Positions 43,925-53,997 of a DNA stretch of 56,884 bases are shown here, one piece after another. Position numbers and translations under genes: made by a program. Origin of the DNA: an uncultured bacterium. Lineage in GTDB: Bacteria > Hinthialibacterota > Hinthialibacteria > Hinthialibacterales > Hinthialibacteraceae. The stretch spans positions 65,189 through 122,072 of the forward strand of contig CAYQOX010000007.1 in assembly GCA_964419335.1 (NCBI GenBank), written 5' to 3'. The notes under the pieces are model-generated. The model was not told where the DNA came from. It saw nothing but the letters and a program-made list of their open reading frames with translations, and ran no database searches. The stretch's first letter is position 1. Every line of letters begins with the position of its first letter.

Positions 43925-43953
43925 TGACAAGTTTTTCTTATTTGTGTTAGAGT
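43925..43953 (+). promoter_or_regulatory. Sigma70-like promoter for the lipoprotein gene (TTGACA, 18-nt spacer, TAGAGT)
   Basis: TTGACA at 43925..43930, spacer of 18 nt, TAGAGT at 43948..43953, about 55 nt upstream of the start codon. Sequence match only. Confidence 0.35.
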
Positions 43954-44007
43954 CCCTCATCTTTTTGTGTAATTTCCATAAAAAAGGAGAAAAGGAGAAA
44001 ATAAAAA

Positions 44008-45195
44008 ATGAAACGAAGGGTGATTTCGACGATGTGTGTCTTGTTTAGCGGTTTGTTTTTGATGAATGGATGCGCGATGAGACATTTTTATGACAATTCT
44101 TTTAATAAATTACGTGAAGATACCTCCCAGAGTTATTCACAGCAAGTCGTAGATGTGGTCGTTGATCTGGTGGATAAATCCAACCTTCCCGTTTTTATGA
44201 AAGTTGAAGCAGGCAATGCGGCATGGAATCCCGCGGTAAGGGGGAGTATTGATGCACAAATTCCTGGTCCATGGAACGCCAATACCACAAGTTTAGTGCC
44301 TTCCTTAAGCGGGCAAGATGCTTTAACCAGTAGTATTCAGTTTAATGATTTTAGTACGGCTGCCATGTTACGTATCAATTCTCTCTATGAGTTTCTCTGT
44401 TTTCCCATTGAATTCGACGATGTCTATATGCCCAATGGTACGCTTTATACCACGGTTAGCGTTAAAGATAGTTCAGAAGGACTCTTTTTTGCACGAGAAA
44501 TGAGTGATAGAGGGTACTTAGGGGTTCCACCCGAAAAGAAGGGGGAATTCCTCATGTTTGCTAATGATGTTATTTATTGGAGCCAAAATGCAAATCCTGA
44601 TCCGAAAGATTTACGTTCACCTGCAGGCTTGATTTATCGTTTTTCGGTTGAATACCGAGAATCCTTAATGGATTTGGCGAAAGGGCAAAGAACCCTTATT
44701 GCGTTACAGGAAGACTTACAGAAAATGAAAGAAAATTTAGACGCCCTGGAACAGGACTATGATCAAGCCGAAAAAGAAGCCAAAAACACGGAGTCCAATA
44801 CCAGCGTGATTCAAGACATTTTGAAATTTAAACGTGAAGACTTGCAAGCCGGACGAAAGAGTATGGGGCTAATTAATGATCAAATCGTCTCAACTCAAGT
44901 TACGATCCAATCGAGCCGTGAGAATTTAAAGGAATTAGTTAAAAAAATTAGAATTGTAATGGAACAAGTTCAGGAAAATGATCCTGATTTCCAAGGCGAT
45001 ATCGATACCACCATCGCCATGTTCGAAGGTCATATCGCCCAAGCCATGCAAGGGGATATAAATATATTGGAAGATGTCAAAGGAACAGATCGTCGGGGTA
45101 CAGGGTTGGATGCGACCGAATCGGTTGATGAACTCTATCGTGAACGGTTTGAAGCCTTACCGCAGCGATTTGAAGGTGCTTTTCAGGCTCAGTAA
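44008..45195 (+). CDS. Secreted lipoprotein with coiled-coil region (function unknown)
   Basis: ATG at 44008 preceded by AAAGGAGAAAAGGAG. Signal peptide with lipobox LFLMNGC. Long coiled-coil-like segment (LQEDLQKMKENLDALEQDYDQAEKEAK). Confidence 0.7.
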   Translation: MKRRVISTMCVLFSGLFLMNGCAMRHFYDNSFNKLREDTSQSYSQQVVDVVVDLVDKSNLPVFMKVEAGNAAWNPAVRGSIDAQIPGPWNANTTSLVPSLSGQDALTSSIQFNDFSTAAMLRINSLYEFLCFPIEFDDVYMPNGTLYTTVSVKDSSEGLFFAREMSDRGYLGVPPEKKGEFLMFANDVIYWSQNANPDPKDLRSPAGLIYRFSVEYRESLMDLAKGQRTLIALQEDLQKMKENLDALEQDYDQAEKEAKNTESNTSVIQDILKFKREDLQAGRKSMGLINDQIVSTQVTIQSSRENLKELVKKIRIVMEQVQENDPDFQGDIDTTIAMFEGHIAQAMQGDINILEDVKGTDRRGTGLDATESVDELYRERFEALPQRFEGAFQAQ

Positions 45196-45247
45196 AAAGA
45201 GATTATACAACGATCTAAACGCCGTGAGAGTTTCAAAGAATGGGCTC

Positions 45248-46693
45248 TCACGGCTTATCAGATCGATGGCGTAATAAAATCATGGCTCCATCTTTGCCCG
45301 GATCAAGAATAGGAACCGCTTCGTCCATTACTTTTTCCACCTCATGATTTCTGAAAAGTTGGATAAATTGTTTTAGTTGTACATCGGTTTCGTTCTCGAA
45401 AGTATGAAGGAGTAAAATTTCATTCGATTGGGCATGGTGGGAAGAGGAATGATCAGTTTTCATTCCTGCTGCGTAGGTGTAAAAGGTATAATCTCCATTG
45501 AAATGGAATGTAATTCCTTGAAAATATCGCAGGTTGTAGAAAAGTTGTAGTTCTTCACAAATGGTCTCAAAATCGTATTCCTTGATGGCTTGGGTAATCC
45601 AAGAAGAGATCGAGGTAGAAGCAATCGAGGTTTTGGAGTAGTTCTTTTCATGCTGGATATCGGCGAGTTGAAATTCATTCTCTGTCACTACAATGTCAAA
45701 TTTTTTTTCTGATAGATAATCGATCTGCCCTACAAAAGCATAAATCTTTTCATTTTCGTCCTCTTGGACATGGAAAAAGGATCGCGTGGAGTGGCCAATA
45801 AGTTGGCCATAAGCTTCGACAAAGGCATTATGAATCTTTAAAGGCGGCCAAAATTCTTTCACATAAGCATGGGCTAACTCTTCGTTTGTAGAAAATGGCG
45901 CCCCCTGGATTAATTCGCGATTGATTCGGTTTGTGGCTTCATCAAGCACACAAACCATGGTGTTATACGTATGATTAAGATCTCCAAACTCTCGTATACG
46001 GGAAACCGGCAAAGGCTTGCCTTCTTGCCTATCCTTTGTATAAGTCAAAGCATGATGGAGGTTTTGAATCGGTTTATTGATGAGATAAGAAAGCAGGATT
46101 GCGGCAAACAATCCAACAAATAAAGCAATCACTGCAGCCACAATGTTTTCTTCAATAATAATTCTGCTATTGGCAGCGATGTCAGAAGCGTCTTTTTCGA
46201 TGAAAACGAAAGCGGCAATTTCTTCCCGGCCGTTATAGATAGGAGAAATAGCGGCCATCGTATCGGGTTCGGCCTCATTTTTTCCTAAACGGAGTGGAGA
46301 AACGGTTGCGGGTGGTTTCTTTTTTGTTTGTAATAAGTACTTTTTCATCATCTCCGTGGGGGAATGAAAAGTATCTTCTCCTTGTTCGAAGAGAACGTGA
46401 TGGTTTTCAGCGTTAATGATTTGTAATGAGCGCAACATCCCTTGAGAAAAGATTTCACGTAAAGCGTCAAGTATGTGGTGTTTTTTGGCTTGGGCTGCTT
46501 CATCTTGGGTTCTGTCTTTCAAAACGTAGGGATTAATAAACTCAGCAATTGAAATAGAAAATGCGGTGAGTTCATTCTCTGTAGCCCATCGGTTTTCTTC
46601 CCATTCTGAAATATATTGACTGAATCCGATGATGGCTACCAGAATCATAAAAATGGGAATCAAATAAAGAGCATTTTTGTAAATGAGTTTCAT
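45248..46693 (-). CDS. Membrane sensor: TM - periplasmic domain - TM - HAMP-like - degenerate PP2C/SpoIIE-like C-terminal domain
   Basis: The ORF track start at 46747 is TTG. The ATG at 46691-46693 gives MKLIYKNALYLIPIFMILVAIIG (TM1). The second TM (IVAAVIALFVGLFAAILLSYL) is followed by a HAMP-like linker. The C-terminal domain has only loose matches to PP2C motifs (GQLIGHSTRS; NEILLLHTFENETD), so the function call is tentative. Confidence 0.55.
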   Translation of the reverse strand: MKLIYKNALYLIPIFMILVAIIGFSQYISEWEENRWATENELTAFSISIAEFINPYVLKDRTQDEAAQAKKHHILDALREIFSQGMLRSLQIINAENHHVLFEQGEDTFHSPTEMMKKYLLQTKKKPPATVSPLRLGKNEAEPDTMAAISPIYNGREEIAAFVFIEKDASDIAANSRIIIEENIVAAVIALFVGLFAAILLSYLINKPIQNLHHALTYTKDRQEGKPLPVSRIREFGDLNHTYNTMVCVLDEATNRINRELIQGAPFSTNEELAHAYVKEFWPPLKIHNAFVEAYGQLIGHSTRSFFHVQEDENEKIYAFVGQIDYLSEKKFDIVVTENEFQLADIQHEKNYSKTSIASTSISSWITQAIKEYDFETICEELQLFYNLRYFQGITFHFNGDYTFYTYAAGMKTDHSSSHHAQSNEILLLHTFENETDVQLKQFIQLFRNHEVEKVMDEAVPILDPGKDGAMILLRHRSDKP

Positions 46694-46768
46694 TTTTCTT
46701 TTAGCTATCTTTGTATCAAATGATTTGTTGTTGCTCGTATACGACAATATTTGTTTAAATGGAAGAGT

Positions 46769-47182
46769 TTAATTCCCTTTTGATCGCTGAATATATTGTT
46801 TTTCTTGACTTAAGGTATTTAGGGTGCCTACCAAAAAAAAGGGACATTCATTAACCATCGTAAAAAAATGGCCTTTTCTTATCGTAAGGCACTGAGTTTC
46901 TTGTTCGGGATGAGTCACTAAATCCTGCGCCAGGGGATAATCAAATAAGAGAGAGGAGGTCCCGACAATGGTAGATAAGAGAGTTCCATCTCCCAGATGA
47001 ATGCCTCCCTCAATCACAATAAAAAGACGTGTGATCACAGTTTCAGAGTTAGCGAGGATATAGTTCGCAGGGTAGAAACGCTCTTCTGTGACATCTGCGA
47101 CTAAACCCAGCTCCGAATCTCGCATTTCTGAAAAAGGAAAAATTTCCTTAAGGCAAAAGAGGCGTTCAATAAAATTCATCAT
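46769..47182 (-). CDS. Small cyclic-nucleotide-binding-like domain protein (degenerate, lacks the phosphate-binding Arg motif)
   Basis: ATG at 47180-47182 overlapping the upstream stop by 4 nt. Pattern FPFSEMRDSELGLVADVTEERFYPANYIL...ITRLFIVIEGGIHL fits a cNMP-binding beta-roll, but there is no FGE..RSA signature. Confidence 0.45.
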   Translation of the reverse strand: MMNFIERLFCLKEIFPFSEMRDSELGLVADVTEERFYPANYILANSETVITRLFIVIEGGIHLGDGTLLSTIVGTSSLLFDYPLAQDLVTHPEQETQCLTIRKGHFFTMVNECPFFLVGTLNTLSQEKQYIQRSKGN

Positions 47183-49536
47183 TTCGTCCTCATGAATACA
47201 ATAATATGGTTGTCCTCATTACCCACATTTGTTCCCATATCTACCCAAGTTTGTTTCCATTCATGAAGAATCGTTTGGATCTTTTTTGGATCCTCTGCGA
47301 GAAGATCATGGATGGGGAGTGAATGGATTGCTTCCCTCACCAAAGTTCTACTTCCCAGGAATAGAATTTGCCGTGGGAGTAAGGTATGGGAAAATCGATG
47401 CTCATACAATAATTCCTGACGATGATCTTTATCGATTAGAAAGCCCACAGAAGGTTTCGAATGAGTGTAATAATACAAATGGGAATTATTGTTATTGAAT
47501 AAGGAAAAAGCATGTACATTTTCAGGATGAAGATGACGCATGATGGGAAGCAAAGAATCAAAATCACGACGCGATTCTAACATTTGGTAAGAAAATAGTT
47601 TTATTTCTTGTTGGATTCGTTTAGCGTTTAAGCTCTCTCCTGAATAGGTACCTGTCCATATCATTGAACGATCAAAGATATACTCTCTTCCAGAAATATC
47701 AATTCCATGATTGTGCAAGGCGAATTGTACTGCCTCGTAGGGGGCTTCGCTTTCGAAAGTTGTAGAATGTTCAGGGGTGAGAAAGTGTTCTAGTTTTCTA
47801 ACTGTAGATTTATTGGTCAGTATAATATTGGAACGTATTTTTTCTTTAAAGAATTGTTCCAGCGTTTGACTTAATTGATTGAAGGCATGACAAAGGGATT
47901 GAATTTCTGCGGGTCCTTGGAGAGGGACTTTTTCACCATAATTCCCCGCAGCCACAGTGAGGGTTTTTTCTTTCAAAGCCAGGATGGGACGTAACAACGT
48001 GAGGGTAATTCCATACGCGAGCAAGCCTGCTAGAACTATAGCGACAACCCCAATAAGAATAGTTTTTAAGAGAGCCATTCGGGTCTTGGAAGAAATAATA
48101 GAGACATCAACATCGGCCGCAGCAACCCCGACAACCTCATGATTCGAATCATAAATAGGAGCATAACAGGTCTTGATCAAGCCCCAGTCTTCCCATTCGA
48201 TTACTTTGGATTGGTAAATTCCACCCATATAAATTTTGCCGTAAATATCAACCCCTTGTCCTTCAGGAAAGGAGTCAGGGCTACCAATGGGGGTATGGTC
48301 TTCATCCATGCTCGCATCGAGTATGTAAACAATCGCATCTGCGGAACTATCATGAGGATGAGTGAAGGTGTACAAATAGGTGATATTTAACTTTTGTTTG
48401 ATACGCCGCATCGGGAGTACATAATCAAGATAATCGGGATCAATTTGATTACGATATTCTTTCCACCAGCCTTGTTGCCAGCATTGACCTGTTTCAGGAT
48501 CAATGCTTATTAGCACATTGGCATCGCTGTACAATCGATTTCGTGATGGATCCCAGGTAAGTCCTTGAAGAGTAAGTTCCTCCATAGGGGGAAGATCTTC
48601 TTGCGAAAACGCGTCGGTACGAAGCAAAATCGTTTTAGTTATCTCCTCAACATTCTGGCGGGTTTCTTTGATCCAGTCTGTATTTCCACTGTAGCGGATT
48701 CGTTCGAATTGCATGGCTTGCTGAAATTCTTCTTCATTTAAAGGAAATCCATTGAAATTTTGTTCAGGCTCTTCTTCTTGATCTAATGAAGAGAGTATTG
48801 GAGAGGAAATAAGCGATAAAGCCGTGTTGGAATGTACTTTAGACGTGGCGGGATCTATTGCTATGAGATGATTATCATGGTTTATGAAATACAATAGATT
48901 GTTTGTTGGAATATAAGCGAGACCGGTTGATTCTCCTAAATCCAAGTTCATGAAGGAGGTTATCGTTGCGCTATTAACATCAATGGAGGCGATCGTGTTA
49001 TTGATTCCATAAAGGCGGGATTCTCCTGAATGATAGGCTAAAGCATGAAACCATTGGGATAGAGGGACGCGATGGTCGATAGTTTCGGTTTTTTTATCAA
49101 TGGCAATGAGTTGAGGGGTGGAAGAATCTGTGTCTATCGCAAATAAACGGTCGTGTTCGCTGTCGTAAGCGAATGCCGATAATACAGAATTTTCCAAAGG
49201 AATGTTCTTCGTTATGATTCCCTTTTCAGGATGGATGGCTACAAGATCTTGGTCTCCATGATCGAAACCATAGATACGGTCTTCGCTATTATCATAAGCC
49301 AAATGACGAATATCGCGGCTTTTAAGTAAAGAGTTATGGGTATCACCGTTAATGAAACTACTTAAAACCAGGCTGATAGCGCTAAGTTTTTGGTTGAAGC
49401 CTTCTTCGATTTCATGATAAAGATCGTTTCGAATTTTGATCGCCATGACGAGGGTGATCAACGAAATAATCGCCATCAGAAACAGGAGATAAATGGTCTT
49501 TAAATTCAGAATGAATTTCTTTTGTTTGGATTGCAT
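47179..49536 (-). CDS. Large membrane sensor: TM - periplasmic beta-propeller-like repeat domain - TM - HAMP - degenerate PP2C-like domain
   Basis: ATG at 49534-49536. TM1 is LKTIYLLFLMAIISLITLVMAI. The periplasmic region has repeated ...HDRLFAID.../...ESRLYGIN.../...NLLYFIN... blades. TM2 is LLKTILIGVVAIVLAGLLAYGITL. HAMP is RPILALKEKTLTVAAGNYGEKVPLQGPAEIQSLCHAFNQL. The C-terminal 250 aa has weak PP2C-like motifs (HGIDISGREY; LLPRQILFLGSRTLVRE). Confidence 0.6.
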   Translation of the reverse strand: MQSKQKKFILNLKTIYLLFLMAIISLITLVMAIKIRNDLYHEIEEGFNQKLSAISLVLSSFINGDTHNSLLKSRDIRHLAYDNSEDRIYGFDHGDQDLVAIHPEKGIITKNIPLENSVLSAFAYDSEHDRLFAIDTDSSTPQLIAIDKKTETIDHRVPLSQWFHALAYHSGESRLYGINNTIASIDVNSATITSFMNLDLGESTGLAYIPTNNLLYFINHDNHLIAIDPATSKVHSNTALSLISSPILSSLDQEEEPEQNFNGFPLNEEEFQQAMQFERIRYSGNTDWIKETRQNVEEITKTILLRTDAFSQEDLPPMEELTLQGLTWDPSRNRLYSDANVLISIDPETGQCWQQGWWKEYRNQIDPDYLDYVLPMRRIKQKLNITYLYTFTHPHDSSADAIVYILDASMDEDHTPIGSPDSFPEGQGVDIYGKIYMGGIYQSKVIEWEDWGLIKTCYAPIYDSNHEVVGVAAADVDVSIISSKTRMALLKTILIGVVAIVLAGLLAYGITLTLLRPILALKEKTLTVAAGNYGEKVPLQGPAEIQSLCHAFNQLSQTLEQFFKEKIRSNIILTNKSTVRKLEHFLTPEHSTTFESEAPYEAVQFALHNHGIDISGREYIFDRSMIWTGTYSGESLNAKRIQQEIKLFSYQMLESRRDFDSLLPIMRHLHPENVHAFSLFNNNNSHLYYYTHSKPSVGFLIDKDHRQELLYEHRFSHTLLPRQILFLGSRTLVREAIHSLPIHDLLAEDPKKIQTILHEWKQTWVDMGTNVGNEDNHIIVFMRTK

Positions 49537-49542
49537 GGTCTT

Positions 49543-52500
49543 TTATAGGTTCAACCCTTTATTGAGTAAAGCAATAGAAATATGCGGTTTAATTTTTGCG
49601 CATTGGATTAAGTAGTCATTATCGATGCGGTAGGCTTGTCCTTGCTCCTTTGTTATGGCGTGATGGCTTCGGGTCGATTGACCTGTAAATAATTCGATGC
49701 CAAAGGCTCTACCACGTTGATATGTAGATCGAGAACCGTTGGAGAGTTCGACGGCGCCCTTCTTAATAATATAGATACATGTTGCCGCATCCCCAGTACG
49801 GTAAATTTCCTCGCCTTCTTCAAAAATGATACATTCAGCCCCATCAGCGATTGTAGAAATCTCGGTTGTGTTGATCTCCTCGAATACATGCGTTTGGGCG
49901 AAGAGATGGATGCGTTCAATGATGGTATCCTGCGAGTTATTCGTACTTTTATGAAACAATAAAGCAAAGATGGTTTCCTTAACGAATTTTTGTTGTTCAC
50001 TCAGGTTCTGACAAAGTTGTTCCATGGTCGATGTGTAGAGGTTCTCTTTCTCGGTAGAATCGAGATCTTCATGATTCTCTTGGTTGAGAATATTCCATTT
50101 TGCTTGGGCGGCTGCGGCTTTTTCCAGTTCCATCGAGCTGTTCCATGCGTGATCGATCACTTCTGTTAACGTGACTTTTTTGACTTTAAACTGTTTTTGA
50201 TAAAAATGGATTTTATCTTCGAGGGAGCGGTTATCCACTAAGGGGAGAATAATCTTAAATAAACGCCAGTTCACCGCTTGTTCAATGGTTTCAATGGCAT
50301 TTCCCCGCACCTTGGGATTGCTTGAGCGAAGAGAAGCCGCGATCATCTCGTGAGCCGGTAGCTGACCTCCGAGCGTTAATAACTCTAACACAAACTCGAG
50401 AGTGGTGATTTGTTCATCGCGGTAATATCGAGAAAGAACTTGAGTTCCTGGCGTTGGGGTTTGCTTGCTTTCCAATATCGTGTGGTAATAGAGCATTCGG
50501 TAGGCTTGCGGCAATTCTCGTGAAATGAGTTCTGGAATCAACGATTGTAGTTGGGGCAGAGCTAAATGGGCTAAGGAACGGGCTGCAATGGAACGCGCGG
50601 CATAAGAATAGGATTCATCCTTGACAATCTGGACGATCGCAGGGATACCGCGAAGCTCCATGCTTAAAATAACCTGATTCACTTGTCTTCGTTCATAAGG
50701 AGTAAATTGGGGCGCCATGGAGAGTAAGGGAGGAATACAATTCGAATCATTCATTTTCATTAACGCATGAAATGCGCGTGTACGAATATCACTATCGCTC
50801 TCCCGAATGATAACCAAGACTTGGTCTAAAAGATGAATGCACTCATGATCAACCAAGTTACAAATAGCAACTTTGGCTGCCTGTTGAATCTTCGGAGAGG
50901 GATCCTTTAAAAATTGAACGAGATAGGGAGCGTAATGATTTTTCCCTGAGAGTCCCAAGGTTTGAATTCCCGCGATTTTAGAGGCTTCATCTCCGCTCAG
51001 TAAAGAATGAAGGGTGGACATTGCATAGTAACCATGAGCAATGTTCCAATGGTTCCATAAAATATTACTGGCGGCGCCGCGTACTTGGGCATTTTGATCT
51101 TCCAAGAGATTCACCAAACCCTCTGTTTGCATCAAATTAAATTGGCTTATCTCTCGTAGGATAAGGATCTTTTCATCCTCTTTATGATTCAGCATCCATT
51201 CGATGATGATGCGAATGATGGTGTTGTCTTTGCTTGCAAGCATCTCAAGGAGAAGCGGACGCGCGATTTCTATATGGCTCAAAGCTTCGCGATCAATGAA
51301 ATTAAGGAGCAGGTTCACCGCTTTGGCTCGATCGTTATACCAAAGAATACGCACCACGGTGAGTAATTTGTCATCCGTGCTTTGATAGAATTGATTGTAC
51401 AGCTGATCAATTTGTTTCGAATGGAGACCCGAGAATATATCTTCTTCTCGCCTAGAAAAATCCAGCCATTCTTTACGCAGGTTTTGAATCATTTCACCTA
51501 CATAGTAATGACGCAGGGCGAAGACCACGAGCAAATAAGTAAGTGAGGCCGCTGTCATAAAGATCGAGATTTCTAAAAAATTCAATTCAAAATAATTCGA
51601 GAGTATAATTAAGTTCAAACCAGCGAAAGCGGTTGCGAATGGATCCACCACGCCTTCGGCGAAAGTGCGAAAAGAGGCTTTGTTATGCTGGGCAATCGGG
51701 TTAATTAAAAAATTCCAATTATTATCCTCAATGGTTTTATGGAGACTGTTAAAGGCAAAAAATCCAAATAAACCCGCGTAGAATAAGAGTTCGCTGAAAT
51801 CATGAAAGGCGATATAAGCAGTGAATGAAAGAGAGTAAGTGATGGGTTGAATAAGGGCGGTGTTGCGAATGCCAAGGATAGAAATAATGCGATTCAAGAA
51901 GAAAAAGGTGATCAGTGTATTAAATAAATTGATGAAGAGATGAAGATGGCCAAAAAGTTGAGCCAATTCTTTTTCTGTATTAAAACGCTGTTCGAATATA
52001 TTCATATATTGGAATTCACAGACATGCGCGAGAAACGTTCCAAAAAAAGCGGTGAGGGTAAGAAATACGATATATCGTGAGGTTTTGAAAGCCTGTTTTA
52101 AGTTTCTTTGTTGGTTGAATAGGGTGATCTTATCTGCTTCTTTTTCCTCGGTGATTGGGTTGTATTTGCGCCGTAAGAAAATCGAAGGTAAAAAGGCAAG
52201 CAAAGCGAGTAATGCCCATATGAGAAACAAGATGCTAATATTTAACTCGAATTCCATAAAAAGAGTGACGAGATAGGACCCGAGCATGATCCCGATGGAT
52301 TTAATGCCCGCTAAAAAAGGAAAGAGTCGTTTCGCGCTAATTATGTCGAAATAGGAATCTACACAATTCCAATAGATGCTATAAAGAACAAAATACCATA
52401 AACTGGTGTAAATCTTGATAATAAAGTAAAACCAGGAGGGATCGATAGGAAACGTGTCGATAGCCTCTAAAACAAGAAAACTACTTACTCCACCTAGAAC

Positions 52501-52773
52501 TAATATTGTGCATGCGGCTCCATTGGTGAAAAACATGCCTAAACGATCCATGGAATAGGTCAGGATCGGAGTGATGATGACCATGATGAAGGGAAGTATA
52601 AAGTAGACATAGGGCAACATCCCGGCGCCTAAATTCGTTAGGAAGAGCGCGTCTGCCCCGACAAAACCCATGGTGAATCCTGCATCGAGCAAGATACCCA
52701 GCACAGAAAAATGAAAAACTTTTTTCCCTTCGCCGGCATGGATATTAACCAATTTCAACACATTATTCATCAT
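49543..52773 (-). CDS. Polytopic transporter (MFS/TLC nucleotide-antiporter-like) fused to HEAT-repeat region and C-terminal cNMP-binding domain
   Basis: The ORF track start at 52803 is TTG; ATGs at 52771-52773 and 52768-52770 (MMNNVLKL) are preferred. About 430 aa with 10 to 12 hydrophobic helices, then about 450 aa of HEAT/PBS-lyase-type repeats (NAQVRGAASNIL, DPSPKIQQAAKVAICNL, SDIRTRAFHALMKM, SNPKVRGNAIETIEQ). The C-terminus has a canonical cNMP-binding signature (IFEEGEEIYRTGDAATCIYIIKKGAVEL...GRAFGIELFTGQSTRSHHAIT). Confidence 0.65.
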   Translation of the reverse strand: MMNNVLKLVNIHAGEGKKVFHFSVLGILLDAGFTMGFVGADALFLTNLGAGMLPYVYFILPFIMVIITPILTYSMDRLGMFFTNGAACTILVLGGVSSFLVLEAIDTFPIDPSWFYFIIKIYTSLWYFVLYSIYWNCVDSYFDIISAKRLFPFLAGIKSIGIMLGSYLVTLFMEFELNISILFLIWALLALLAFLPSIFLRRKYNPITEEKEADKITLFNQQRNLKQAFKTSRYIVFLTLTAFFGTFLAHVCEFQYMNIFEQRFNTEKELAQLFGHLHLFINLFNTLITFFFLNRIISILGIRNTALIQPITYSLSFTAYIAFHDFSELLFYAGLFGFFAFNSLHKTIEDNNWNFLINPIAQHNKASFRTFAEGVVDPFATAFAGLNLIILSNYFELNFLEISIFMTAASLTYLLVVFALRHYYVGEMIQNLRKEWLDFSRREEDIFSGLHSKQIDQLYNQFYQSTDDKLLTVVRILWYNDRAKAVNLLLNFIDREALSHIEIARPLLLEMLASKDNTIIRIIIEWMLNHKEDEKILILREISQFNLMQTEGLVNLLEDQNAQVRGAASNILWNHWNIAHGYYAMSTLHSLLSGDEASKIAGIQTLGLSGKNHYAPYLVQFLKDPSPKIQQAAKVAICNLVDHECIHLLDQVLVIIRESDSDIRTRAFHALMKMNDSNCIPPLLSMAPQFTPYERRQVNQVILSMELRGIPAIVQIVKDESYSYAARSIAARSLAHLALPQLQSLIPELISRELPQAYRMLYYHTILESKQTPTPGTQVLSRYYRDEQITTLEFVLELLTLGGQLPAHEMIAASLRSSNPKVRGNAIETIEQAVNWRLFKIILPLVDNRSLEDKIHFYQKQFKVKKVTLTEVIDHAWNSSMELEKAAAAQAKWNILNQENHEDLDSTEKENLYTSTMEQLCQNLSEQQKFVKETIFALLFHKSTNNSQDTIIERIHLFAQTHVFEEINTTEISTIADGAECIIFEEGEEIYRTGDAATCIYIIKKGAVELSNGSRSTYQRGRAFGIELFTGQSTRSHHAITKEQGQAYRIDNDYLIQCAKIKPHISIALLNKGLNL

Positions 52774-52885
52774 AAAGGAATATGGGTTCGTTTGGGTTTT
52801 CAATCAATATTATCTTCAAATACAGAACATAAACGATACACGGATGGAATACAATTAACATGTTGATATTTATTTACTTACGGAT

Positions 52886-53671
52886 TTAAAAATAATATCC
52901 TAGGCTCATTGTAAAGAACCATTCATCTTCTTCATTGACCGTGTCTTCGTAAGACCATTGATATCCCACCGCAGGAGTGAAATAGAGCTGTTTCCATTCA
53001 AAGGTCGTAGACACATTATATGTGGAATGGCTCCAGCTGGATTTTGAACCATAAACTCCATCATTGTACGTAATATCCCAACTTAACGAGAGGTATTGTT
53101 CTTCTTGTTCCGGAATAAGCGCAGGGAAGGGAATATCATACGCCAAACCGAATAGATGAAACCATCCGTTATCTAAATGGTCTGAACTTTGAATCCCATC
53201 CCAATCATAGGCGATGGTATAGGAGGGAACGAGAGTACCGGGACCTAAAGGGAGGAGATTTGGCATAGAGAGAATTAGCATGATTTCCTGAGCATCTTCA
53301 AGACTTGCCATTTTGGGATAATCGAAATAAGTGTATGAAATATTTGTAGATAGAGCATATTGATCTTCTTCAAAAAAAGTGTGCTCGTAACCAACATAGT
53401 AATCTAACTCGGTCCCATCCTCGAATCCGGAGGCTGTAGGCCAGGCCCCCCAAACACCCAAATAAGCTCCTTTGTAGTCCAGTGTAATACTTGGCTGAAA
53501 AGCTCCGTGATCATCGTAGTAATCATACCCCCGCCACAAATATTTTGACGCATAAGTGAAATCGAGGTTGATTCCCACAGGGATCGTCTTTTCTTCTTGA
53601 GACCAACTTTTAAAAGTGCATAAAAAAAAGAAGACTACAAGTAAATATTTCAGAAAGTGTTTTTTCTCCAT
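52886..53671 (-). CDS. Outer-membrane beta-barrel protein (small OMP; C-terminal Phe)
   Basis: ORF 52886..53749 trimmed to the ATG at 53669-53671, preceded by AAGGAG. Signal peptide MEKKHFLKYLLVVFFFLCTFKSWSQEE. Alternating amphipathic strands rich in Y/W/G, ending in the SLGYYF-COOH typical of OMP C-terminal signals. Confidence 0.65.
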   Translation of the reverse strand: MEKKHFLKYLLVVFFFLCTFKSWSQEEKTIPVGINLDFTYASKYLWRGYDYYDDHGAFQPSITLDYKGAYLGVWGAWPTASGFEDGTELDYYVGYEHTFFEEDQYALSTNISYTYFDYPKMASLEDAQEIMLILSMPNLLPLGPGTLVPSYTIAYDWDGIQSSDHLDNGWFHLFGLAYDIPFPALIPEQEEQYLSLSWDITYNDGVYGSKSSWSHSTYNVSTTFEWKQLYFTPAVGYQWSYEDTVNEEDEWFFTMSLGYYF

Positions 53672-53997
53672 GTCTATTTCTCCTTCTCTTTCAATGAAAT
53701 TATGATTGAATAGCTTTATAAGTTTGAACGATATGGGCAAAAACCTCAATACCTTGCTTCAAAAAAATGCTTTAATGTAGCGATATGGCCTTAATCAAAA
53801 TCGTATAACAACGATAAGTTTAATGGAACAATTACATAGACTTGGGAGACAATCCATACAATGATCTCATTTCGCTCGTTTTATTTTTTGACTTGCAATG
53901 TTATGTTATCCCAAAAGAGGTCCTAGACTTTTCGTAAATGTCTTTTGGATGATGATGAAAGAAGTGTCGCATTAATATTTATATCAAGAACAGAATA

